From positions 124,001 through 188,000 of the forward strand of contig NW_003314299.1 in assembly GCF_000143415.4 (NCBI RefSeq): DNA of 64,000 nucleotides. Reading direction: 5' to 3'. A program made the translations under genes and the position numbers. The stretch comes from Selaginella moellendorffii. Taxonomy: Eukaryota > Plantae > Lycopodiophyta. The first letter of the stretch is position 1; each line of letters begins with the position of its first letter. Positions 50,088 through 64,000 of the stretch are shown piece by piece. The notes beneath the pieces were generated by a model. That model ran no database searches and had not been told where the DNA came from. It saw nothing but the letters and a program-made list of their open reading frames with translations.

Positions 50088-50668
50088 TATCGAAAATGGT
50101 CACCAGTCTTCACATTTACTACAAGGCATAAAGTGGATATTGCAAAACGTAATCATAATTATTATTAAAACTAGAAAGTGCCCAGCAAATGCCAAGGTTT
50201 GCAAAAGTATTCCATCAGCTCCCAAGATTTCTTGCCCATACCCAGCGTGTATCTGCCATGCACAGGGTGCAGATCATCAGTTTATTCGAAGAAATGCCAC
50301 GCGTTGCAGTACAGCTTCAGCTGAGAGGCTGGCGTTTTAAAGAACACATGAATCATAGCTCCGTACATGCAAAAGAAAAAAAATGAAATAAAAACTGCAA
50401 AGCTTACTTCCCAGCAAAGACGTATTGATCACCATAACAGTTCAGCCTTTGCGAATATCCGGGGTTGTGCGGCAAGCCATGCTCCACCTTTTACTTTTCA
50501 AATGGCATTAACAGAATCGTTAGCTCACATTTTACATGCTCTGAATATGCTCCTGAGAAAAAGAATGCCCAGATAATTATGCGTTCTTTTACATTGGTCC
50601 CTTTTTGCCAGAATTGTATATAAAGGGTTTCAGACCCTGAAAATTTCGTCCAAGTCTAGCTCGAAGCC

Positions 50669-51454
50669 ATGGCGGAGGTGGCGAAGTTCGTAGAGCAAGT
50701 GATTATCAAGCTGGCTAATGCTGCTGAGGAGGACATGGAGCTTAACAGACAATCCAAGCCGGCCACCAGCAAGCTGAAAATGCTCGAAATTTTCGTTGGA
50801 GTGGCTGAGAAGCGATTCTACCACGCCCACTTGTTTGATAAGGGTGTTTTGATGCTTCTCGCTGCTTGGCTCAAGCCGCTTCCAGATGGGTCACTGCCCC
50901 ATGCCATGATTCGCAGCACAATCTTCACAATCTTGCTTGAGAAGATGCCGATCGATTTGGATGATGAGACGAGAAAGAAGCAACTTGCATGGAGCGGGCT
51001 GGGCATGGTAGTGAGGTATTATCTAGAGCACAAGGAAGAGACGCAGGAGAATAAATTGCTGGCCAAGAGGCTGATTGAGAAATGGAGTCGCGTGATCTTC
51101 GACACAGGAATTTGCCGGAGCAAGGTCGTCCACGATGAAACAACTGGTGAGGTTTCTTCTCCATCAAAAAAGCGACCGGCAACAGCGATTGTAGAAGAAA
51201 ATTTGGATCTCGGGGAGAAGCCATCTCCAAAAAAGAGAAGAATTCCACCAATCATAGCTCCCCAGCCCATGACCATGAATTTCTCGATTCGTCCAGAGTC
51301 TAAGTTTGGTGGAGAAGCGATTAGAGAGAGTATAATGCAACGTGAAGCAATGGAATCGAAGAGGGCGAGGCTAAACAAGTCCATGAAGCGACTACACGAT
51401 GCCAACAAGAGAAGGCCCAGAGTCATGGGGGGCCGAGGTGTCCTCCTAATGTAA
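50669..51454 (+). CDS. IWS1/SPN1-like protein (TFIIS N-terminal helical domain), intronless and N-terminally short
   Basis: AEEDMELNRQSKPATSKLKML, WLKPLPDGSLP, SGLGMVV, EETQENKLLAKRLIEKWSR; TATATAAA at 50617. Confidence 0.8.
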   Translation: MAEVAKFVEQVIIKLANAAEEDMELNRQSKPATSKLKMLEIFVGVAEKRFYHAHLFDKGVLMLLAAWLKPLPDGSLPHAMIRSTIFTILLEKMPIDLDDETRKKQLAWSGLGMVVRYYLEHKEETQENKLLAKRLIEKWSRVIFDTGICRSKVVHDETTGEVSSPSKKRPATAIVEENLDLGEKPSPKKRRIPPIIAPQPMTMNFSIRPESKFGGEAIRESIMQREAMESKRARLNKSMKRLHDANKRRPRVMGGRGVLLM

Positions 51455-51796
51455 GAGATGTTCTTTGCTTGAGAGATCGAGCTAAGACTTAGAAACTATG
51501 AGAATGTAAAAGGTGCCAATCTTACAATGGTTACACCGATTTTTGCGCATGGAAAATAATCATATTCATTGTTTTACAGCCTTGGAATTTTCTTGCCGTA
51601 CAATATTTAGTGACCGAACTAGTTAGAAAGAACATAATACGAAGAATAAAAACGCTGCAACTAGAAAGAATCCAAGAAAAACCAAGATCTCGACGGATGG
51701 AACCACATACCTTGGGACAATCGAAGCGATCATCGTCTCGCTCGGAACAAAACCTTGATCCTCGCGCGCGCGATCTACACCTGCAAAACAGCACAA

Positions 51797-51888
51797 GCAG
51801 CACGCTCCCTACGCAGGTATTAACCTGTTCAGGTGCAAAGGGACTCTCTCAGCCTGTCCCTGAGACGGACAAGCACCCCTGGTGCTAC
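51797..51888 (-). ncRNA. TPP riboswitch aptamer in the THIC 3' UTR
   Basis: Minus strand reads GCACCAGGGGUGCUUG-ucc gucuca ggga-CAGGCUGAGAGAGUCCCUUUGCACCUGAACAGGUUAAUACCUGCGUAGGGAGCGUGC, with P1-P5 and the conserved UGAGA of plant THIC aptamers. Confidence 0.96.
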
Positions 51889-52156
51889 CACTGTCAGCAA
51901 TGCAAAATAGCGAACCTTCAAACTTATAGAGCAAAAACGAAAGAGAAATCTAGCTACACAGGCGAGAGCACCACCATTTATTCCCTACAAACCAAACCAA
52001 ACTCTACCTTCAAACTTGACCGTCATCTTCTCCAGATCCAAATCCTGTCGCTCCTTTCCTTGGCGAGGTCACCTACAAAGACAAAACTTTCAAGCAACTG
52101 AAGAAAAGAAAGAAAAGCTTACCTTGTGAGACAAGATGATCTTTGGTCCATCGCTC

Positions 52157-54225
<2,069 letters not shown>

Positions 54226-54382
54226 CGATCGAGCTCGAAATATCCCAAAATGCCAAAGTTCCCTCTCTCTTTAATTGGAGGGAGAAATATCTATGCCAAC
54301 CTTTGCTCGTACACATTTCTTTGACCGTACACATCAAGTTATATATAAGCGCTTATTTTCAAATGGAATGATCGTTCCTTCT

Positions 54383-56074
54383 TCAAAACCTGTTCATGCC
54401 GAGCGAAGAAAAACTTTGCTGCTGCTGTTGCTGTTGCTGCTGTTGCTGCTGCTGCTGCTTGGAGGAATTGCCGCTGCTCGGCATCCCAACTGCGTCGTGC
54501 GATTGGAAGCTCTGATGGTGCCGGTGATGGTGGTGGTGAACTTGATGAGCCGCTTGATGAGGCTGCTGCTGTTGATGAGCTTGGGCTTTCGGCGATGGAG
54601 ACCCTCCATCGCTGGCAGCAGAGGTTAGAATGTATTGAGTGTTCTGAGTACCGATAGCTGTCGAGGCGGATGATCCGGCCGAGAGTTCGTAGCTTGTTGG
54701 AGACTTTGTCCATGCGTCTGATGACAGAAGAGAGAGAGCACGGCCTGAGTCGAGCACGGGGCTTAGTCCTCCGCCGCCTCCCCCTCCACCCCCGCCCGAG
54801 GAGGAGGAGAGCGAGAGTTTGGCCATGCTGCTGTTTGACGCCGTGATGGCTGCTGCTGTTGTCGACGACGACGAGGAGATCGTCGGGAGGCCGGTTGGTC
54901 TCTTGGAGTTTTGGAGCAGCAGCAGCAGCTTCTCCGGGGAGAGGTTCTCCACAAGCTGTTTGCTGAGGAACTGGTCGCGGCCGAGGCGTCCCCAGGCGCC
55001 GGCGCCGTAGCCGAGAGCGTGATCGCTGTGACTGTCGACGATGATCGAGGAGCCGACGCCGAGCCTTTGGTAGGCAGCTGGCCAAAGGAGAAAAAGCAAC
55101 GTCAGCCGAGATAAAAGCAGCGAAGTTTATATGAACTTCACCTTGGAAGCTAGCGTTTCCCATGTTGTAAGCAGCTAGAGCGTCGGGCTGTGGCTTCCTC
55201 CGCCGCTCGTTATGCCCCTGCAGACGTCTCCGGCAGCTCCGTTTCCCCTCGTCAAACTCGGGCAGCAAGTGGAACCTGTGAGAGCAAGACCAGAGTGTGT
55301 GAGCCAACTAATGATTGTAAGGAAAGAACCAGCAAAGAATTCGTTCAAGCAAGAGAGAAAAGAATAAGAAACGAGAAAAATCGCTCTCCTGGCACACAAA
55401 GCTTGCAAGCAAGATCGAAGAAAAAAAGAGAAAAACTTAAGTATGGAGTGATGGAAAAATCTCTCCTGACACTTCCACTCACGCACTGACCTGCTGCATT
55501 GCTGACAGAATCTTTGCTCCTGGCCATTGACAGTGTTCTTGGGAGTCTTGGAGTGGACTTCGCAAACTTTGTGGCGGCGGTGGTAGTCCTTGGAGCCGGA
55601 GAGATCCGCCTGGCAGCCCTCGACTTGGCACTTGGGAGTGACGCTGGTTTGCGAGCAGCCCCGCCCCTTTTTGGCCGGAGGAGTCGAGGATGGAGGAGGC
55701 GTTCCGGCCGCCGCTGGCGCTGGCGAGGCCTTTTGCTCCTCGTAGGTCCTCTTGCCGAGCTTCAAGGCCATGGGAGACGAGGAATTCGCCGCTTCTTTCG
55801 TGTCCTCGTCCATCTCCTCCCAAGATCGCGCCTGCGCTCCGCCCGGCGAGGATTTGCCGGGGCTGTAGCCGCTGATGCCGCTGCTGCAAAACCCTAACTC
55901 CTCCCCAGGATTTCTCGGCGCCTTGACGGATTTCCACTCCCAGGGCTGCTGCTGCTGCTGCTGCATCTTACCTCGATCCGCGTCGCCGCTGGCCGGGGAT
56001 TTCGATGCTCCTGCGCTGGTCTTGGACGGGGAGAGCGCTGCGGGAGAATAGGAGGGAGAAGAGGACGACGCCAT
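54383..56074 (-). CDS. SPL: SBP-box (SPL) transcription factor, 3 exons (56074-55491, 55275-55142, 55077-54383)
   Basis: CQVEGC...[15 protein letters not shown]...RFCQQCSR|[28 protein letters not shown]; ALSLLS motif. Confidence 0.95.
54722..54746 (-). promoter_or_regulatory. Overlapping miR156 / miR529 target site in the SPL CDS
   Basis: mRNA has AGGCCGUGCUCUCUCUCUUCUGUCA; the plus strand reads TGACAGAAGAGAGAGAGCAC (miR156-type) extended by GGCCT (miR529-type). Confidence 0.9.
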
Positions 56075-56442
56075 TCCTTTCTCTTTCTTTTTTCTTCTTT
56101 TCTCTTCTCTGGTTGGTTTTTGTTTTCTCTCCCCTGTTGTTGGTGTGTGTACACTGAAATTTTAAATGGCGAATATTGTATTAAATACAGGTAAGAAATT
56201 GGCAGCACGATTTCTGGATTGGTGGAAATGCTGCATTCCTATTGGACGCTGTAAAGCCCATGAACCGCTTTATACCGTTCCGGGCCCGACACGTGTCCGT
56301 ATGGGACAGCACGGATGGGTGCCACCGGCCCACCTGAGTGGAGAATATTCCTGTTTATGGGATTACATTAACTTAAATCTGTATCAAATGTATGTTACGC
56401 CATGACCTAAATGAGTTTTTTTTCTAATCTTCTAGTTTAGGG

Positions 56443-58563
<2,121 letters not shown>

Positions 58564-58829
58564 GAGCGATGGACCAAAGATCATCTTGTCTCACAAGGTA
58601 AGCTTTTCTTTCTTTTCTTCAGTTGCTTGAAAGCTTTGTCTTTGTAGGTGATCTCACCAAAGAAAGGAGCAACAGGATTTGGATCTGGAGAAGATGACGA
58701 TCAAGTTTGAAGGTAGAGTTCGGTTTGGTTTGTATTGAATAGGTGGAGGTGCTCTCGCTTGTGTAGCTAGATTTCTCTTTCGTTTTTGCTCTATAAGTTT
58801 GAGGGTTCACTATTTTTCATTTCTGACAG

Positions 58830-58925
58830 TGGTAGCACCAGGGGTGCTTGTCCGTCTCAGGGACAGGCTGAGAGAGTCCCTTTGCACCTGTGAACAGGTT
58901 AATACCTGCGTAGGGAGCGTGCTGC
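58830..58925 (+). ncRNA. Duplicated TPP riboswitch aptamer with a 2-nt insertion
   Basis: Identical to 51797-51888 except CACCTG-TG-AACAGG. Confidence 0.9.
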
Positions 58926-59274
58926 TTGTGCTGTTTTGCAGGTGTGGATCGCGCGCGCGAGGATCAAAGTTTTGTTCCGAGCGAGAATCAATCGATGATC
59001 GCTTCGATTGTCCAAGGTATGTGGTTCCATCCGTCGAGATCTTGGTTTTTCTTGGATTCTTTCTAGTTGCAGCGTTTTTATTCTTCGTATTATGTTCTTT
59101 CTAACGAGTTCGGTCACTAAATATTGTACGGCAAGAAAATTCCAAGGCTGTAAAACAGGAATGAATGAATGAATATGATTATTTTCCATTCGCAAAAATC
59201 GGTGTAACCATTGTAAGATTGGCACCTTTTACATTCTCATAGTTTCCAAGTCTTAGCTCGAGCAAGAACATCTC

Positions 59275-60031
59275 TTACATTAGGACACCTCGGCCCCCCA
59301 TGACTCTGGGCCTTCCCCTGTTGGCATCGTGTAGTCGCTTCATGGACTTGTTTATCCTCGCCCTCTTGGATTCCATTGCTTCACGTTGCATTATACTCTC
59401 TCTAATCGCTTCTCCATCAAACTTAGACTTCGGACGAATCGAGAAATTCATGGTCATGGGCTGGGGAGCTATGATTGGTGGAATTCTTCTCTTTTTTGAA
59501 GATGGCTTCTCCCTGAGATCCAAATTTTCTTCGACAATCGCTATTACCGGTCGCTTTTTCCATGGAGAAGAAATTGTTTCATCGTGGACGACCTTGCTTT
59601 GACAAATCCCTGTGTCAAAAACCACACAGCTCCACTTCTCAATCAGCCTATTGGCCAACAATTTATTCTCCTGCGTCTCTTCCTTGTGCTCTAGGAAATA
59701 CCTCACCAGCATGCCCAGCCCACTCCACACCAACTGTTTCATCATCCAAATCGATCGGCATCTTCTCAAGCAAGATTGTGAAGATTGTGCTGCGAATCAG
59801 GGGCAGTGACCCCTCTGGAAGCGGCTTGAGCCAAGCAGCGAGAAGCATCAATACACCCTTATCAAACAAGTGGGCATGGTAGAATCACTTCTCAGCCACT
59901 CCAACGAAAAATTCGAGCATTTTCAGCTTGCTGGTGGCCGGCTTGGATTGCCTGTTAAGCTCCCTGTCCTCCTCAGCAGCATAAGCCAGCTTGATAATCA
60001 CTTGCTCTGTGAACTTCGCCACCTCCGCCAT
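59275..60031 (-). pseudogene. IWS1-like pseudogene (inverted duplicate)
   Basis: Paralogue of 50669-51454 with small deletions and a frameshift near 59740. Confidence 0.9.
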
Positions 60032-60206
60032 GGCTTCGAGCTAGACTTGGACGAAATTTTCAGGGTCTGAAACCCTTTATATACAATTCTAGCAAAAAGG
60101 TACCAAATGTAAAAGAGCGCATATTATCTGGGTTCTTTTATCTAGGAAAAAATGTGAGGAAATAAAAAAAAGTGAGCAAAAAAAAAAAATTGTTAACGTC
60201 AATAAT

Positions 60207-60826
60207 GCCCACGCCCCGGATTGCCGGCGAAGTTCTCCCGCCGCTAGGTATGGCGCCAGTGAGGTGGTTGTGGGAGACGTTCAAGTAGTTCAGGTTCTTG
60301 AGCGCCAGGATGGTGGGATTTTCCCAGTGATGCGGTTGGAGCTGAGGCTCAGCACTGCAACGAGGTCATTTCGTCTTGGATCATTGGGATCTTGGAGAAC
60401 CAGCTCGGGATGGCTCCTGTGAGCTGCGACGAGGTCGATCCGGAAAAGAAGTGCCCTCCCAAGTCGCGAACTTCCAGCTGACGCAGCTTAACCAAAGGCA
60501 GGAGGTACGGGACCATCCATGCCATTATCGTGGACACTGAGAGTCCGGAGCTGAGAGAGGCTTCCCAGTTCTGGAGACAGCATACCTCTTAATCCCATGG
60601 ACTCCAGCTTGAGCTCGCTCACACGTCCGCTAGCTCCGTCGCATTTGACACCAGGCCAGGCACAGCAGCTGGATTGCTGGGTCCAGTTGGTAAGCAGCTT
60701 ACTCCGATCGTCGTCGGCATTTTTGAAAGCCAGCAATGCCTTCTCGTCTTCGCTGTTGCAGGATGCCGCAGTGGTGCCGTGAACAAGGAGCGAAACGAGT
60801 AAAACAACGAGAAGTGTTCGAGACAT
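60207..60826 (-). pseudogene. Internally deleted secreted LRR gene (signal peptide, LRRNT, C-terminal remnant)
   Basis: MSRTLLVVLL...CNSEDEKALLAFK...W...CCAWPGVKCD...GRVSELKL; stop at 60488; large deletion joins it to C-terminal LRRs. Confidence 0.85.
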
Positions 60827-61305
60827 TGCAAGGGAACCCACAAGCGAATGATGATGTGAGGTAATCTAAGAGGCTCACTCTCTATTTACCTTAATAGGAG
60901 AGAGCGCGCACTGTGAGGGACGAAAGAACTTCAAAGGTACTTATACTAAGAAGTCCTGCTGCATATCTTCAAGGATAGCGTTCTGTTTATATCGTTCCAG
61001 CATTGAGAGTGGCACTGTTCAATTGGTGCCAGGAGGTTAACTTTTAGTTCCAAGTTCAATGGGTCTTACACACTCTCCTACTTTACAACTAGCAAGGTAC
61101 ACCATGTTCATGCTAGAGATTTTTTTTTTATACAACTCCTGATAGGGACCGAATCTTGTGGAGCTCCATGATAGCTTCATATGCAAGAGCCACAGGCAGC
61201 AAGGCAACGAAATGCAGGCCGTCGATTCTCAAAACTCTTTGCTTTGCATCCATCGTGGCCGCACAAAGGCAGAAGGCCATTTGAAAACTAAAAGTCCCGC
61301 CATCT

Positions 61306-63260
61306 TCATGACAGAGCTAGGGTTTTTGGGGAGCACGGGGGCAGGGGCTTGCCGCAGAGCCCCGGATTGGCGGCAAAGTTCTCCGGATCCATGTCGATGA
61401 GCGGCTCTCCGCTAGGTATGGCGCCAGTGAGCTGGTTGTGGGCGACATTCAAGTAGTTCAGTTTCTTGAGCGTCAGGAATTCCACTGGAATCTTGCCGGT
61501 CAGGCGGTTCCTGGCAAGGTCTAGCCTCTGCAAGCTCGTGAGATTGGCGAGGCTGGGAGGGATGGCGCCAGTGAGCGCGTTGTCATCCAGGTAGAGCCCC
61601 GTGAGTTGGGTCAGCTGGCCAAGCTCTGGTGGGATTTCCCCAGTGATGCGGTTGGAGCTGAGGCTCAGCACTGCGAAGTCGCTGACGACGTCTTTGGCGT
61701 CTTGGGCCATTGGGATCTTGCCGAACCAGCTCGGGATGGCTCCTGTGAGCTGGGAGTGGTCGAGCACGAGGAAGGAAACTTGGGGGAGTGTGGTCAGTCC
61801 TTCGAGAGCCTGAAAGCTGAGGTTGTTGTAGTTGAGTCCGAGGTGGTATAGCGTTCCTTTTCCCATGTTGCTCAAGTCTTTCGGGACTCCCGTAAGGAAG
61901 TTGTCGCGCAGCTCCAGATACCTCAACTTGGGAAGAGTTTTTCCAAAGCTGTCTGGAAGTTTTCCTTGGATCTTGTTGGACTGGAGGAAGAGGTGCTTGA
62001 GGTTGGAGATTCTTCCCAAGGAATTGAGCAAAGCTCCAGTGATGGAGTTGAAGGAGAGGTCTATCTCGCATGTAAGCTCGGGGTGTTCCTTGAGGTTGAT
62101 GCTTCCAAACCAGGAAGGTATTGACCCTTGGAGCTTGCAGCCGCTGAGAGAGATCGTTGAGAGCCCCGGGAGTGTTTTCAGCCCGGAGATGGCGTCAAAG
62201 CTCGTGATATTATTGTTATCCAGTCGGATGACTTGCAAGCTGCTAAGGTTGGCCATGTTGGTGGGAAGCCCAGTGAGGTTGTTCATCGAAAGCTGCAGCC
62301 TTTTGAGGTTTTTGAGACCTTGAGCAAAACCATCTGGAATACGACCCGACAGCTGGCTTGCCGAGGCCCAAAGCTCGCTGAGATTGGAGAGAAGGCCTAG
62401 AGACTCGGGGATGCTGCCGCTGAATGAGTTGGACGAGATATCCAGCTTGACAAGTTTGCTAAGACGGCTGAGAGAACTCGGTATTTGTCCAGTAAGCCCA
62501 GTGCCAGACAGCTAAAGTTCTTCCAGGGAAGCGAGCTGGCCGAAAGAGCTCGGAATGGGGCCATGCATACCTCTGTTGAAAGAAAGGTCCAGTACCTTGA
62601 GTTTCTTGAGGATGCCGAGCGTGTCGGGGTATCGTCCAGCGACGTTGGTGCCTGATATCTTCAACGTCTCCAAGCTGGCAAGCTTGCCTAGCGATGGAGG
62701 AATGGAGCCGGACAACTTGGTGCCACTCAAGTCGAGATATTCCAAGTTTTGGAGGTCACCGAGACGCTCTGGAATGGATCCTGTGAGCTCGGAAATGCTT
62801 GAGAGATCGAGACGTTGGAGGCTTTTCAGTTCCCCGAAGGATGAGGGAATGGAACCTGTGAGCTTGGGAGAACCCGAGAGATAGAGACGCTGAAGGCTTT
62901 TCAGTTGCCCAAGGGAGGAAGGAATGGAGCCTGTGAACAAGCTTGCTCTGAGATTCAAGACAAGGAGTTTCTCGAGCTTGGCGAGGAACGACGGAATGCG
63001 GCCCGAGCCGTCGGCCCTTTCAAGGATGAGGTACCTCAAGCTGGTAATTTCCCAACTACGGATGGAATCGGTCCCTCAAATCTATAACCTGTCAGATCCA
63101 GCGTTTGCAGTGTGGATGCAAGCTGAGCAAGCGATGATAGCAATGGTCCGGAGAAGAAGTTCCCTCCCAAGTCGAGAACTCCAGCTGACGCAGCTTATCA
63201 AAGGCAGGAGGTACGAGACCATCCATGCTATTATCGTGGATGCTGAGCGTCCGGCGTCTG
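61306..63260 (-). pseudogene. Extracellular LRR protein (no TM or kinase) with in-frame TAG at 62512 and no N-terminus
   Basis: Plant LxxLxLxxNxLxGxIP repeats ending FAANPGLCGKPLPPC; the 62512 and 61306 ORFs are in the same frame, separated by one stop; frameshifts above ~63050. Confidence 0.85.
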
Positions 63261-63446
63261 AAGCTTTGAGAAACAACTTCATCATTGAACGTTCTGGTTT
63301 CAATTCTTACTTTTGGAGGTTTGTTCTTTACATTCTTTGTTTATTGCATGTCCATTGCAGCAGTAAAGCCGGCCACAGCATTCAAGGTCGAGATAGCCAC
63401 TGACGCTGCTGCAAGGGTGCGCTTTGCATCAAACGGGAAGATCAAG

Positions 63447-64000
63447 ATGTATGGCAAGCTTTCGAGAGTTAAGGATGCTCGGCAAGTTTTCGATCGCATG
63501 TGTGACAAGGACTCGGTGTCTTGGTTCTTGATGCTATCTGTGTATGCGCAAAATGGTCATATGGAAGAGGCCAAGCTGATGTTTTCCCAAATGCCGGAGA
63601 GGAGTTTGATTTCTTTCAACATGATGTTATCTTCGCTTGGTCGGTGTGGATGTGTACAAGAAGCTTACAAAATCTTTAACGAGATGCCTCACAGGGATTT
63701 AGTGTCTTGGAACGCCGTGATCTCTGCATATGGCCAAAATGGGTATATCAACGAGACGGTTCAGGTGTTTGATGCCATGCCCGAGAGAGATTTGATCTCT
63801 TGGACGGTAATTTTAACGTTGCATGCGAATAATAGAAATTTGGAAGAAGCTAAGAACATCTTTGAGAAAATGCCAGAAAGAGATCTAGCTGCTTGGAACT
63901 GTATGCTGAATGCATATTCCCAAAGCGGGTATCCGCAGGAGGCAAGGCGTGTGTTTTATTCTATGCCTCAGAGAAGTCTCATTTCCTGGACTGTGATGTT
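63447..64000 (+). CDS. PLS-class PPR protein, partial (runs off the window)
   Basis: MYGKLSRVKDARQVFDRMCDKDSVSW...YAQNGH...MPHRDLVSWNAVISAYGQNG...MPERDLISW; open to the window end. Confidence 0.85.
   Translation, partial: MYGKLSRVKDARQVFDRMCDKDSVSWFLMLSVYAQNGHMEEAKLMFSQMPERSLISFNMMLSSLGRCGCVQEAYKIFNEMPHRDLVSWNAVISAYGQNGYINETVQVFDAMPERDLISWTVILTLHANNRNLEEAKNIFEKMPERDLAAWNCMLNAYSQSGYPQEARRVFYSMPQRSLISWTVM

Noticed and set aside
54722-54741. MIR156 gene on the plus strand
   Set aside because: No fold-back partner arm is visible; it is the reverse complement of the target site inside the SPL exon (ALSLLS).

Overview
Gene-dense plant nuclear DNA with GC-rich exons, very short (~50-70 nt) GT-AG introns and AT-rich intergenic blocks. 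The short introns, SS-rich PLS PPR genes and gene content point to a lycophyte, most likely Selaginella (inference). Protein-coding genes in order: GHSKGG alpha/beta hydrolase (-), MAKR-like, cytochrome b561, B12D, UDP-Gal/Glc transporter, SKU5-like oxidase, STOP1-like C2H2, SHI/STY, secreted tandem-DUF3455 protein, CYP704, LDAH-like lipase (-), two tandem membrane nitrilase-fold genes with bacterial Lnt architecture, PLS-E PPR (-), IWS1-like, THIC (-) with a 3'UTR TPP riboswitch, miR156/529-targeted SPL (-), decayed secreted-LRR genes (-) and a partial PPR. A Ty3/Gypsy relic lies between the two Lnt-like genes. A ~3.5 kb inverted duplication of THIC, its riboswitch and IWS1 (both genes pseudogenised) brackets the SPL gene. 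Best leads: (1) intron-containing Lnt-like N-acyltransferases beside CYP704, a lipase and DUF3455, a possible lipid-modifying cluster with HGT candidates; (2) the splice-site layout around the TPP riboswitch, with a duplicated donor motif and acceptors on both sides of the aptamer; (3) the inverted THIC/riboswitch pseudogene arm. All family calls come from recognising motifs by eye; no searches were run.
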